Assembly (NCBI GenBank): GCA_016839805.1
Contig: JAEOTO010000015.1
Location: forward strand, 50,373 to 114,372
Direction: 5' to 3'
From: Candidatus Hermodarchaeota archaeon
GTDB taxonomy: Archaea; Asgardarchaeota; Hermodarchaeia; Hermodarchaeales; Hermodarchaeaceae
Length of the DNA: 64,000 nt
The notes beneath the pieces were generated by a model. It did no database searches and was not told the origin of the DNA. It worked only from the letters and a program-made list of their open reading frames with translations. The translations under genes were made by a program, and so were the position numbers. Positions 9,630-19,158 of the stretch are shown here, piece after piece; positions within the stretch are counted from its first letter, which is position 1, and each line of letters begins with the position of its first letter.

Positions 9630-12220
9630 CCCGTACTATTTTTGTTAGATATTAATAATCGCCAACCTAAAATGGCCATGATAGTAATGGGGAGAAAAAT
9701 CGCAGTGAATGCTAGCACTAAGAGGAATGAGACATTAAAATTTAATCCTTGAGGAAATGGATCTTGGCTTGCTGCGCTTCCCGGAATAATAAACGGTATA
9801 TCCCCATATCCATCTCCATTCAAATCCCATCCAACATAATCCGACCAATAATTTCTTTGAAATACATTTGCCTCCCCTTCATCCCAACAATTTGTTATTC
9901 GGTTTTCTATGAAGATATTATTTACAATTTGGTTGTTAGTACTACTATTGTATAGAAATAGTCCATACTCGTTATCAGCCAAGATATTGAAAAAAATCCT
10001 GGCAGAATTTTCGTTTTGAACTTGTATTCCCCGTCCAAAATTATTGACACAGAAGTTATCTGAAATGAAGTTTAAGCTTCCTTCTTGGAGATTGATACCG
10101 GAACTTAAATTTTGACTACAATTATTGTAATTGATATCTATATAATGGACCTGAACAAGGGAAATCCCGTGTCCATTATCAATGAGTAGATTATGTGACA
10201 CTGCACATTCATTATTATCTTCCATATATTCCAAGTAAATACCTACAGAATTATTCGAACACACATTAGAAGAGATATTCAACCACGATAGTTCAGCTCC
10301 CCAAATTCCAGAGTCAGAATTTCCTATGCAAACATTATCAGTAATAATACAGCTTCGTTCCCATAAAAGAGAAATCCCTACTTCATTAAATTCGCATGTA
10401 TTGTTATACATGAAACCATCTTCGTTGCCATACATTTCTATTCCATTGTTTTCATTATTTGAACAGATGTTGTTGAGAATGGAGTATGCTCGTCCATTGT
10501 TACAATATATCCCCACCCGATTAAACTCGCAAAGATTATCGCTTATTGTGATGGTCTCAAAACTCGTTGCCCGTATTCCTATCCAATTATGAGTAAATCG
10601 ATTTTCTGAAATCTCAATATATGCGCACTGAGTGATACTAATACCATAATCGCAATTATCAAATTGATTCTGAATGATTTGACAGTGCCTAGAGCTTATC
10701 AGAGTTAAGCCTTCGCCATCCCGAGGGTCATGTTGCCTATATCTATTACAAGTTATTGTACAGGAATCAGAAAATTCCAATCGAGTACCACAAGAGTACC
10801 GATGATGTAGGTAAAAGAGGCTTTGCTGTACCCTGATGTTCGTTGAAAAACAAATCAGAACACTTGTTGTAAAGGCACTCATATATCGATTCTCTATTTG
10901 TATATTACTACAATTGAACAGAAAAATCTGTGCAGCATTTGCTGGAATAGCAGCGTTAGTTTGATTGACGCAAAAAATGATCGGTTGCCCATTAATTGTG
11001 TTCCCTTGAAAATTTGACTGATTAATGTTTGGAAGGAGATAGGAGAACTCAATTCCACAGTCAATCAATGAATTATTTACTAAAACAACATGTTCAATGG
11101 GGGCTGTTATGAATCTGAAATCAGCCTTTCCTGTGTTATTAATTATCTTGTTATGGAGTGAACTGGAATAGAGATCGATACAACGCCAGTTTGAAAAAAG
11201 GGTATTGTGTTGAATGAGATTCGAAGCTGCATGTTCTAATTCGATTGCTTCACGGCTTTGGCAGTTGTTATAGGTAATAGTATTGTTGTTTGAGTGCCAA
11301 AGCGATATTCCACAATGACCCTCATTGATTGTGTTATTACTCAATTTGTTGTAGTGTGATAATGAAAGGCTGATTGGATAATTAGTGGAGAGAAAAGTAT
11401 TGTTGGCGATTGTGTTGTTATGGGATGAATAAATGTAGACTCCATGATAATACCCTTGAAACGTGTTGAATCGCATCAAGTTATTTTGACAGCTATCGTA
11501 AAATTGAATATCGTAATTGTTGTCTATGAATGTGTTGTTTTGTATGGTCGTCCAAGAGCAGCCACACATTAGAATTCCTGTATTATCGGACCAACAGGTA
11601 TTATTTCTCAGAGTGGCATTGACGGTGTTGAAGAGATGAATTCCAAACATATAGGGGGCTTCAAAGAGATTACAATTCGCGATAATAAAGTGTGCCTGAG
11701 TATTGCGGATCTCGATACAATCGCTAAGGGTGCCCGAAGCATTAATGTTAAGATTTTCAATGCGATAAGGATCTTGAAAGGTGCCGGATCCGGGCCACCC
11801 TTGTGTGATAAAATCATCATCACCAAGGATCCGAAACGGTTGATGATCGATGTTTGGACCAGGTAGAATAGGAATTGTTGTGTTTTTTTCTTGGAATTCT
11901 AATGAGTGTCCTGTTATGTAGCTAGTATTTTGGTTTTTAATAGGGATTCGTGAAAGTTGGGTAGGTTGGTAAGAATAGTTCGTTTGATTTGGCAATTGTT
12001 TGGTAACAGATTCAATTTTTGTAGGGGTATCATGAGAGAATGGATAGGTTAAAACTGAATTGAAGTGAAATACTTGTATGAATGGGATAACCAGGGGCCC
12101 CGTTAGTATTAATACAAGGAGGTAATTCCTCTGTTGAATGGTTCTTCTGGTTCTAAACAGTTGCTGATTCACTTTTTGCCCCTCAAAAGATGCATTCAAT
12201 TTACATCTGGTGCCATCCAA
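9626..12220 (-). CDS. Membrane-anchored right-handed parallel beta-helix (NosD/PbH1 repeat) surface protein
   Basis: Many N.I.NN / GI.L repeats, GWPGSGT..DPY.IE, NYWSDY.G.D.NGDG.GD.P, C-terminal TM; start uncertain. Confidence 0.85.
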   Translation of the reverse strand: MDGTRCKLNASFEGQKVNQQLFRTRRTIQQRNYLLVLILTGPLVIPFIQVFHFNSVLTYPFSHDTPTKIESVTKQLPNQTNYSYQPTQLSRIPIKNQNTSYITGHSLEFQEKNTTIPILPGPNIDHQPFRILGDDDFITQGWPGSGTFQDPYRIENLNINASGTLSDCIEIRNTQAHFIIANCNLFEAPYMFGIHLFNTVNATLRNNTCWSDNTGILMCGCSWTTIQNNTFIDNNYDIQFYDSCQNNLMRFNTFQGYYHGVYIYSSHNNTIANNTFLSTNYPISLSLSHYNKLSNNTINEGHCGISLWHSNNNTITYNNCQSREAIELEHAASNLIQHNTLFSNWRCIDLYSSSLHNKIINNTGKADFRFITAPIEHVVLVNNSLIDCGIEFSYLLPNINQSNFQGNTINGQPIIFCVNQTNAAIPANAAQIFLFNCSNIQIENRYMSAFTTSVLICFSTNIRVQQSLFYLHHRYSCGTRLEFSDSCTITCNRYRQHDPRDGEGLTLISSRHCQIIQNQFDNCDYGISITQCAYIEISENRFTHNWIGIRATSFETITISDNLCEFNRVGIYCNNGRAYSILNNICSNNENNGIEMYGNEDGFMYNNTCEFNEVGISLLWERSCIITDNVCIGNSDSGIWGAELSWLNISSNVCSNNSVGIYLEYMEDNNECAVSHNLLIDNGHGISLVQVHYIDINYNNCSQNLSSGINLQEGSLNFISDNFCVNNFGRGIQVQNENSARIFFNILADNEYGLFLYNSSTNNQIVNNIFIENRITNCWDEGEANVFQRNYWSDYVGWDLNGDGYGDIPFIIPGSAASQDPFPQGLNFNVSFLLVLAFTAIFLPITIMAILGWRLLISNKNSTG

Positions 12221-12360
12221 TCAGTCGTAAATCGTCTTTATGAGATAAAAATTAGCAGGGTACACGTAAACACGGAGAAGATTGCTTCTAGTAATGTATA
12301 AAGATTTATTTAGGCAAGTCAAGTGACTTCTATCTATCATCATCTTTGGTGACAGATATT

Positions 12361-12537
12361 ATGAGTATTCATTGTCATGAAATGAAAAAGGGACAAATCT
12401 TCACTTGTGAAGACTGTGGGCTTGAACTGCAAGTAGTGACTGAATGTACCGAATGTGAGACGCCGGAAGGCACCTGTGGCTGCGAGGCCCCTTGCACCTT
12501 CGAATGCTGTGGAAAAGATCTCACTCTCAAGAAGTAA
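12361..12537 (+). CDS. Small Cys-rich desulforedoxin-like metal-binding protein
   Basis: GQIFTCEDCG...CCGKDL with an extra Cys-rich insert. Confidence 0.7.
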   Translation: MSIHCHEMKKGQIFTCEDCGLELQVVTECTECETPEGTCGCEAPCTFECCGKDLTLKK

Positions 12538-12571
12538 TCGATGTTTCTTCTAAAATGGTTCAATAAGGGAC

Positions 12572-12922
12572 TTAGGGTTTTATGTAAACCCATCCCTCTG
12601 CCTGTTTTTTTACCAGTTCACCGACACCTGAGGTCACGAACTCAACTGTATCCAACAAGAAATCTCGTCCTAGATTATTAGCGGCTAGCGAATTCTCACA
12701 AATCGCAAACACAACTCCACAGTTCACCAGCTTCTTGATTCTATTAGGGACTGGGCAGGTCTCAGTCACAAAGAGTTTCACACCTGCACCATTCACAACA
12801 AGTTCTACAGAGACCTCTCCCTCTCCAAGATCTGTGAGTAGATTCTCAATGTTGCTTAGCGCTAGTTTTAGGCGAAAGTTACTGCCTTCATCCAAATGAA
12901 ACAGAACTCGATATTTTGTCAT
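12572..12922 (-). CDS. DsrE-family protein
   Basis: VELVVNGAGV, FAICENSL, VTSGVGELVKKQ.EGW.YIKP. Confidence 0.88.
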   Translation of the reverse strand: MTKYRVLFHLDEGSNFRLKLALSNIENLLTDLGEGEVSVELVVNGAGVKLFVTETCPVPNRIKKLVNCGVVFAICENSLAANNLGRDFLLDTVEFVTSGVGELVKKQAEGWVYIKP

Positions 12923-13052
12923 TAGAATCCATCTCAGACGTTTTTTATTGCCTTGTGTTGTTAATTGGGTTATTTGTCTTTCTAAAACAAAAATACTTGA
13001 GAACAGTAAAGCTAAGGGCATCTTCCTGCACTAATACTGGAATGGTGATTTA

Positions 13053-13535
13053 GTGGCTGTCGGTCGATTTCAAGTCATGGCGGTTCTCCAAGCTGCACGG
13101 GCACATATCCTCGGCTTAGAAATGTCCACTGCAAAAAGTTGGGGGCTAAATCGGGCGATTTTCTATGCAGCGGCAAAACGTGGCTTCAAAGGAGCCAAAC
13201 CGTACAAACGCTCACGAAGTGAGGTGAAAGAAACACCTGTCGCTGATACGCCAGAAGCCTTTCATTTAGGGAGTGAAATGGCCTTCAAAGCATCCACTGA
13301 TGAAGGTCCCATGTTTTTTATGATGGGTGGAAAAGTCCAAACCGAAGAAGAATTCGAAAGACAAATCGCAACCCGATTTGCTGGAACATTTGATCAAGCA
13401 TGGAGTGATGCCATTGAATATGTACAAGGCTTTGACAAGTCAACATTATTGTCGCAAAGTGGCTTTTTCAATCAAGTCTACAAACCTCGTCGAGATGAGC
13501 TAGCTACAAAATGGTCTCAACTTGTGAAAGAATGA
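13053..13535 (+). CDS. Hypothetical protein
   Basis: Protein-like ORF with GGTGA RBS; N-terminal GRFQVMA.LQAARA...SWGLNRAIFYAAAKRGF looks conserved. Confidence 0.7.
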   Translation: MAVGRFQVMAVLQAARAHILGLEMSTAKSWGLNRAIFYAAAKRGFKGAKPYKRSRSEVKETPVADTPEAFHLGSEMAFKASTDEGPMFFMMGGKVQTEEEFERQIATRFAGTFDQAWSDAIEYVQGFDKSTLLSQSGFFNQVYKPRRDELATKWSQLVKE

Positions 13536-13578
13536 AAAAAGAAGGATGGAGTGACGTTTTCTACAAGAACGTCACTAT

Positions 13579-14085
13579 TTAATGACCTACAATGCCTTTG
13601 AACAACAACGTTAAACCACTGAGAATCGTTGCACCTGCAATGAACCACATCGTGTAAACGGGAAGAGCGAAGACAAGGGCTGCGATAATGAGTTGAACTA
13701 ACCCAAGGAGAACCCCCAACCATTTGAAGGCGCCTCGAGGGCCACCGGCAAGCATCCAGAGAATCCAACTGAATCCTTCTAAGATGAGGGCACCGGCAAG
13801 CAGCCAGCCATTATAGGTGAGATAGAAGAATGGTGTCATGGCGGCTAATGCTATCAAGGTAATGCTGAAGATTACAGCAAGTCCTCGTAGCCAGCCGGGT
13901 GCGTCTTTGTGACCAATGGCACGGATAAGCCAGAGAAATCCGAAGAGTGCAATGGCTCCGGTAAAGAGAAGGTATTGTAGGTATTGATCAGCTAGGATGA
14001 ATGTGGCTCCTGCGAGAATTATCCCGATGAGGGCAAAGAGTATCTCGAGACCACGCATCCATCCGGGAGTTTTTTCTTCGGCCAT
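13579..14085 (-). CDS. Six-TM membrane protein (HdeD/DUF308-like)
   Basis: Repeated PGW.RGL hydrophobic hairpins. Confidence 0.65.
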   Translation of the reverse strand: MAEEKTPGWMRGLEILFALIGIILAGATFILADQYLQYLLFTGAIALFGFLWLIRAIGHKDAPGWLRGLAVIFSITLIALAAMTPFFYLTYNGWLLAGALILEGFSWILWMLAGGPRGAFKWLGVLLGLVQLIIAALVFALPVYTMWFIAGATILSGLTLLFKGIVGH

Positions 14086-14325
14086 TATTGTTGACCTCGA
14101 CGCGAAGTCACAATCTTTTCCTTAAAAAATTATCTATTGGTATCAACGTTTAATTTAGTCAATTTTCGAAGTATAGCACTCTCCTTCGAAAAACCCAGAT
14201 ACTTAAACTTTCAAACTAAAATTATAAATAAAAAATTAATAATACTTGACAAATAAATGGCGAAATTACAACAAAAAGACATTAAGTATCCGATAGTACT
14301 CGTCAATAATTGGAGGTAATAACAA

Positions 14326-15519
14326 TTGCGCCGACGCTGGCTTGCTCTCATCCTAATTAGCATCATAATTATCTCTGGGATAGGTGTTATTATTTTTTGG
14401 AATTGGTTCAAACGCTCTACGCCACTTCAACATGAAATGGTTTGTCAACTCACCGGTGAAGGGGCTCTTAATGACACAACTGTTGTGAATGTCTATGGTG
14501 CTGATTTAGGTCTAATGATTGAGTATCAAACCCGACTTCACTTCATTTTTGGCGATACTTTTGGTCCTGACAAATGGGACTGGCGATCAAATACTATGGC
14601 TTACACGGATGACTCAGATCCCTCTGATGGAATTCTGTTAACAGGATGGATTACAGATACGGCCACACATCTGGCGAAAGAATTAATTCATAGCCAGAAA
14701 ATTGACGAGGTGGAAAAGACGGTGATCCCCACTGCAGCTTACAGCCATGATAGTTGTCTGTATATCTTTTACATGTCTGTTATTCAGTGGGGTGATGCAG
14801 GCGATTGGACTTGTAATAATGCCAGCATTGCTTACTCCTTTGATGGCCACACCTTCATTGAAGCAACAAATATGTCCTGGCCTGGCTCTTCCCACTTCAT
14901 TGAATGGGGCTATATCAAAGGGGATGCCACAGCACCTTCCACAGGAGGATACCTCTACTTTCTCACAACCGGCAGTGGTCGATATCACGACTGTTACCTA
15001 GCGCGGGTCTTAGAAAACCAGATTTTGAATCAAAGTGGCTACCAATACTGTGCAGGGTTGGACTCCAGCGATTTACCTATCTGGTCTTCAAATCATGCTG
15101 ATGCACAACCTGTTATCGAAGCACCAACCGGTGAAGTATCGGTGATGTGGAATTCATATCTTGAGAGGTACATGATGATGAATCTCGACGAGGTTGCAAA
15201 GAAGATCGTTATTCGGATGGCCCAAATGCCCTGGGGACCTTGGAGTCAACCCCATACGGTGATTACCCGCCCCGAATATATCGGGTTTTATGCACCAAAT
15301 ATTGATCCACTAATGGTTGAGGATAATGGGCGAATTGTGTATTTTTCCATGAGTCTCTGGGCTGAGTATAATGTGTATCTCATGAGGGTTGACTTGACAA
15401 GTCTATGGGGAATATATCATCCGAGTTGCACCATGTTTCTCAATTCCTCTGTGTATTGGGTTAGAGAAATTCACATAAACCTGATGGGCAACCTAAAGGT
15501 TGTGATGCGAGATGAATAA
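14326..15519 (+). CDS. DUF4185-family beta-propeller (glycoside hydrolase-like), N-terminal anchor
   Basis: GADLG, FGDTFG, WRSN, IPT, GEVSV.WN, PWGPWS, FYAP motifs. Confidence 0.8.
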   Translation: MRRRWLALILISIIIISGIGVIIFWNWFKRSTPLQHEMVCQLTGEGALNDTTVVNVYGADLGLMIEYQTRLHFIFGDTFGPDKWDWRSNTMAYTDDSDPSDGILLTGWITDTATHLAKELIHSQKIDEVEKTVIPTAAYSHDSCLYIFYMSVIQWGDAGDWTCNNASIAYSFDGHTFIEATNMSWPGSSHFIEWGYIKGDATAPSTGGYLYFLTTGSGRYHDCYLARVLENQILNQSGYQYCAGLDSSDLPIWSSNHADAQPVIEAPTGEVSVMWNSYLERYMMMNLDEVAKKIVIRMAQMPWGPWSQPHTVITRPEYIGFYAPNIDPLMVEDNGRIVYFSMSLWAEYNVYLMRVDLTSLWGIYHPSCTMFLNSSVYWVREIHINLMGNLKVVMRDE

Positions 15520-15721
15520 CGTGTATGATATTATTATCATTGGGGGGTGAACCTGCAGGGCTTTCTATGGCTATTTATTCAGCGCTTATGGCAATGAAGA
15601 CTCTCATTTTAGAAGGGCAATGGTTCGGCGGGCGGGCTGCTACCGTTCCTGATGTATGAAACTATTAGGGGGTAATGGCGGGAACCAATGCATACTGATA
15701 TGTGAAGAAACGGAAATCTAA
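15512..15721 (+). pseudogene. trxB: Decayed thioredoxin reductase fragment
   Basis: YDIIIIGG[frameshift]EPAGLSMAIYSA...FGGRA...V*NY*G joined directly to a C-terminal-like GVMAGTNAY*YV. Confidence 0.7.
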
Positions 15722-15812
15722 CTAGTTAATATTAAGAATTTAGTAGATTCTGAAATCTAATCTCCATGTGATACGCTTAGGAGACACACAATTTCAGTAA
15801 CTTTGAGTTGGT

Positions 15813-17165
15813 CTAATTTGTGGGAATGGATAATTTAGTCCAGTCAACGAAATCTTCGCGTTTACGGTCAATGCGCGTACTTAACCAGGTAATAAGGTCA
15901 TGAACAGTTTTGATAGCAGCAGGGTGCATCATCATGAAAACATCCACACCTGCTAAGAGGAACATCAGTGCTGTTGTACTCTCCCAAATAGGTCCTCGAA
16001 GCTCTCGGGGTCCCAATTCAGGTCGTTTCATCCAGGCTTCCCGGGCTGCCCAGGCATTTGTTGTGCCACTACTTAACGGAAATTGAAGTTCTGAATCCCC
16101 TAATAATCCCGCTAATCGCATGCGTTCCATGATGGTGAAACTATACTCCGCACCATAGCCCAGAGCTGCCGTTGTCGGATCGATGATAATTTGATCCGGG
16201 GTGATGTAATCGAGGAGTCGACGATTGAGTTCCTTTTGCTGGTTGATATCAATGCTAGTCCAAGAGAGTACAAGTTGATTATGGGCCTTAGCTGCTTTGG
16301 CCACAGGTTCCCACATATCGACGGTAGCTGACGCAAGCAGGACACGTTCGCCTTCAGCGACTTCAGCAGCCTTAGCGAGTATTTCGGCATCCTTCGTTGG
16401 ATCGCCGGAACCCCCGACGATGATTGGTACCTTTACTGCCTGTAATACCTTTTCAAAACCTTTCATTGCCTCTTTTACGCTTGTATCCTCGAGGAGGGGA
16501 TCGGTGCTAATCATGTGATAAGTGATGAAGTCTGCATCGAATTTGTCGATGACGAGTCGTGCCCAGTCGACAGGATCATCCATGACATCATCGTAATGGA
16601 CACGAACAGCTTTGGCGAGTTTAATCCGCATGTCAAAGACGTCAGCAGCGACAACAGGTAGATGCTTTGGTGAAGACTGAAAGAGATTCCAGGCAGGAGT
16701 CTTATGGCCACCCACTGTGATCGTTTTACTTCGCGATCCGCCTTCGGCTTTTGTAGCACCAAGAGTGATTTCACGGATTTGACCGGAATACTCTGTTAGT
16801 GGTGCCTTGAAACGGGCTTTAAGTAACTTATCAGGGCGAACAGCTGTCGGAATCCCTGGGATGGACACAGATGATTGCCCAGTGGACATTTGTACATTGT
16901 ATCCCAAGGCTGCGAGCATTTGCTGGGCAAATTGTTGCATGGCAAAAGCGTTTTGCGCGAGGAATTGGTGAGCTGGTCCAGCTATACCCCCAACACCTCC
17001 TGGGGGAACAGTAACTTCGAGTTCATCGACATCAATGGTTATCTCTTCCAGTTCCAATTCTTGGAACTTGCCAAATATGGCTTCCAGGGGACCTAGAATA
17101 CCTAGTGCGGGATCATCTCCGGACAGCACGAGCTCGTTTTTCTCTTTCTTCTTTTTTGGCGACAT
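15813..17165 (-). CDS. cdhD: CODH/ACS delta subunit (corrinoid Fe-S protein small subunit)
   Basis: GGSG.P.KD.E, IDPTT.ALGYG.EY, ERMRLAGL.GD, WE..TA, MMMHP. Confidence 0.95.
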   Translation of the reverse strand: MSPKKKKEKNELVLSGDDPALGILGPLEAIFGKFQELELEEITIDVDELEVTVPPGGVGGIAGPAHQFLAQNAFAMQQFAQQMLAALGYNVQMSTGQSSVSIPGIPTAVRPDKLLKARFKAPLTEYSGQIREITLGATKAEGGSRSKTITVGGHKTPAWNLFQSSPKHLPVVAADVFDMRIKLAKAVRVHYDDVMDDPVDWARLVIDKFDADFITYHMISTDPLLEDTSVKEAMKGFEKVLQAVKVPIIVGGSGDPTKDAEILAKAAEVAEGERVLLASATVDMWEPVAKAAKAHNQLVLSWTSIDINQQKELNRRLLDYITPDQIIIDPTTAALGYGAEYSFTIMERMRLAGLLGDSELQFPLSSGTTNAWAAREAWMKRPELGPRELRGPIWESTTALMFLLAGVDVFMMMHPAAIKTVHDLITWLSTRIDRKREDFVDWTKLSIPTN

Positions 17166-17180
17166 GATTCATCGCCTCGC

Positions 17181-18611
17181 CTACTTCTTCGCCTTTTCAT
17201 CCAGGCGTTTTATTATGACCTTTTCAGCGTAGATTTTTGCATTCTTGAAGATAATCTGGAATCCTGGACTACCACCAGCCGCAGGCACAGTGGTCATCAT
17301 TTGACCTGGCATCATGAAAGGTTGACTAGCTTGTGTCGTTGGAGCTGCTTCTTCAACGCGTTCTTCTTCCTCAAGGCGAGCCGCTGCACCAGTTTCAGTC
17401 CAGCGCTCAACGACTGGGTGATTATGGTCTTGTAGGTATCGTTTTAATTCATCGATATCAGAAACATCGTTTTCTGTAGGAATGATATCTCTCAGATTAT
17501 CAGGCATGAAGTCATAGATTCTGTCTTTGATAGCTTTGGGCAACCAGACAACTCTTTCCCACCCTCCATCAACTTGAAGGAATTTGGGTGATCGCATATA
17601 TTCTATCGAAACCCCATGAAAACCAGGAATCTGGCGACCACCAGCTGTCGAATCAGCCATCGTTGAAAATGGCAAGCCATTTACAGAAGGACCCTTGTAA
17701 TCACGGTGAACTAAACCAAGACCATCAACTTCTGGGATGATAAAAGCAATTGCTTCGAAACAACCACAACTAGTATGTGGTTTATCAAAAGCACTATACA
17801 AACATACCTCAGTAACCGCACCCAAGGTTTTTTCCTTGTAGGCTTGATTAACCCCCTTGTATTCGCCTTTGAACTCATCAATGACATCACCTTTCTCTAT
17901 GGAAAATAAAGGTCCCTTCGGATCAACACGTGCAGCCGCACGACCATCGAACCACGAAATCGCACCACAATTTGCATAGCGCTGTGCAGTAATGGTACAA
18001 CAATGGGTTGGGGCAAAACTTTGGCAGAGTGTGCAACCATAAAAGACATCAACCTCTTCGTCTTTTAGACCACGAGCGCGAGCGTCACGTTCATCATACC
18101 GTTTTATTGCAGCATCGAATTGTTCAGCGATTTTATCAGGATCAGTAAAGAAGGTGATTTGGATTTTCTCGATAATAGGTAGTTCACTCTTGTAAAGGCG
18201 TTCGTAAACTTGACCAAATACCTTAAAGGAATTGAGTCCTTTTTGGAATGATTTCTTGCTAATGCGAATCCAAATGTCGTATCTTTGGTTTAGGTGCATA
18301 ACCCCTTCCATGAAGTTGGTATATTCGTGGACGTGGCGTTCGAGGACGCCCTCCAGGTCTTCTTCGACTTCTTTACCTGCAACTTCTATCAAGATTCCAA
18401 GCGGATGGTAACCTCCTTCGTCCAAATCTTTGAGATCAGGACCAACGACAGTAATTTTACCATCTTCGACTTCTGCAGCTTTCTTGGCGAGAACGAGTTC
18501 GAATTTCTTTTCGATTTTTGGTCCGCCGAGTTCGACTTGCATATCGCCCTTGCGAATGCGTTCACCCTCATAGATTACACCTACTTCCATTGGGAGATCT
18601 TCGAATGACAT
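17181..18611 (-). CDS. cdhC: Acetyl-CoA synthase beta subunit
   Basis: YEGERIR, FYGCTLCQSFAP, NCGA, PHTSCGCFE (A-cluster ligands intact). Confidence 0.97.
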   Translation of the reverse strand: MSFEDLPMEVGVIYEGERIRKGDMQVELGGPKIEKKFELVLAKKAAEVEDGKITVVGPDLKDLDEGGYHPLGILIEVAGKEVEEDLEGVLERHVHEYTNFMEGVMHLNQRYDIWIRISKKSFQKGLNSFKVFGQVYERLYKSELPIIEKIQITFFTDPDKIAEQFDAAIKRYDERDARARGLKDEEVDVFYGCTLCQSFAPTHCCTITAQRYANCGAISWFDGRAAARVDPKGPLFSIEKGDVIDEFKGEYKGVNQAYKEKTLGAVTEVCLYSAFDKPHTSCGCFEAIAFIIPEVDGLGLVHRDYKGPSVNGLPFSTMADSTAGGRQIPGFHGVSIEYMRSPKFLQVDGGWERVVWLPKAIKDRIYDFMPDNLRDIIPTENDVSDIDELKRYLQDHNHPVVERWTETGAAARLEEEERVEEAAPTTQASQPFMMPGQMMTTVPAAGGSPGFQIIFKNAKIYAEKVIIKRLDEKAKK

Positions 18612-18612
18612 T

Positions 18613-19158
18613 CTATTTCTTACCTCCATTTTTAGTGAGGATTTCTTTTAGTGCATCATTCCATTTTTGTTTCTTTAAATTCGGGAAGGACCACGACGCA
18701 TGGGGTTGGAAATACCGACCTAAACTGACAGTTTTCATTTCAGTGGAGAAGTTGACTAGGGCGGAGAGCATTAGCCACTCCATATAATAGGGGAAACCAA
18801 AGGTCATGACAAGGTCATGCGGGCCCTTCTTCGGTGCCACCATCCATTCAGGGTCAGTCAGTAGATATGTGATTTCCATAGCGTTGTGGGAGTATACGTT
18901 TTTGAATCCTTTTTCCTTGAAGGCTTTAATGGTTTGAGCGGTTGCGACAATGGGGATGTTCCAATTCTCGGAAAATTCGATGAAGTAGTCAATCATCGAC
19001 TTTTTCCGAGTTTGCTCTGTTAGGCTGTTGGCACCCACAACAAGAAGAGGATGTTTTGCTTTCTTGAGAAGTGCCTTGACCACGACGGGTTTTTCGAGTG
19101 ATTGGGCTTTCTTTGGACCACAGACTTCAGCAGTCTGCCAGGGTTCAGCACGCATCAT
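18613..19158 (-). CDS. cdhB: CODH/ACS epsilon subunit
   Basis: AKHPLLVVG, DPEW...HDLV, QPHASWSFPN; lies between cdhA and cdhC. Confidence 0.93.
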   Translation of the reverse strand: MMRAEPWQTAEVCGPKKAQSLEKPVVVKALLKKAKHPLLVVGANSLTEQTRKKSMIDYFIEFSENWNIPIVATAQTIKAFKEKGFKNVYSHNAMEITYLLTDPEWMVAPKKGPHDLVMTFGFPYYMEWLMLSALVNFSTEMKTVSLGRYFQPHASWSFPNLKKQKWNDALKEILTKNGGKK

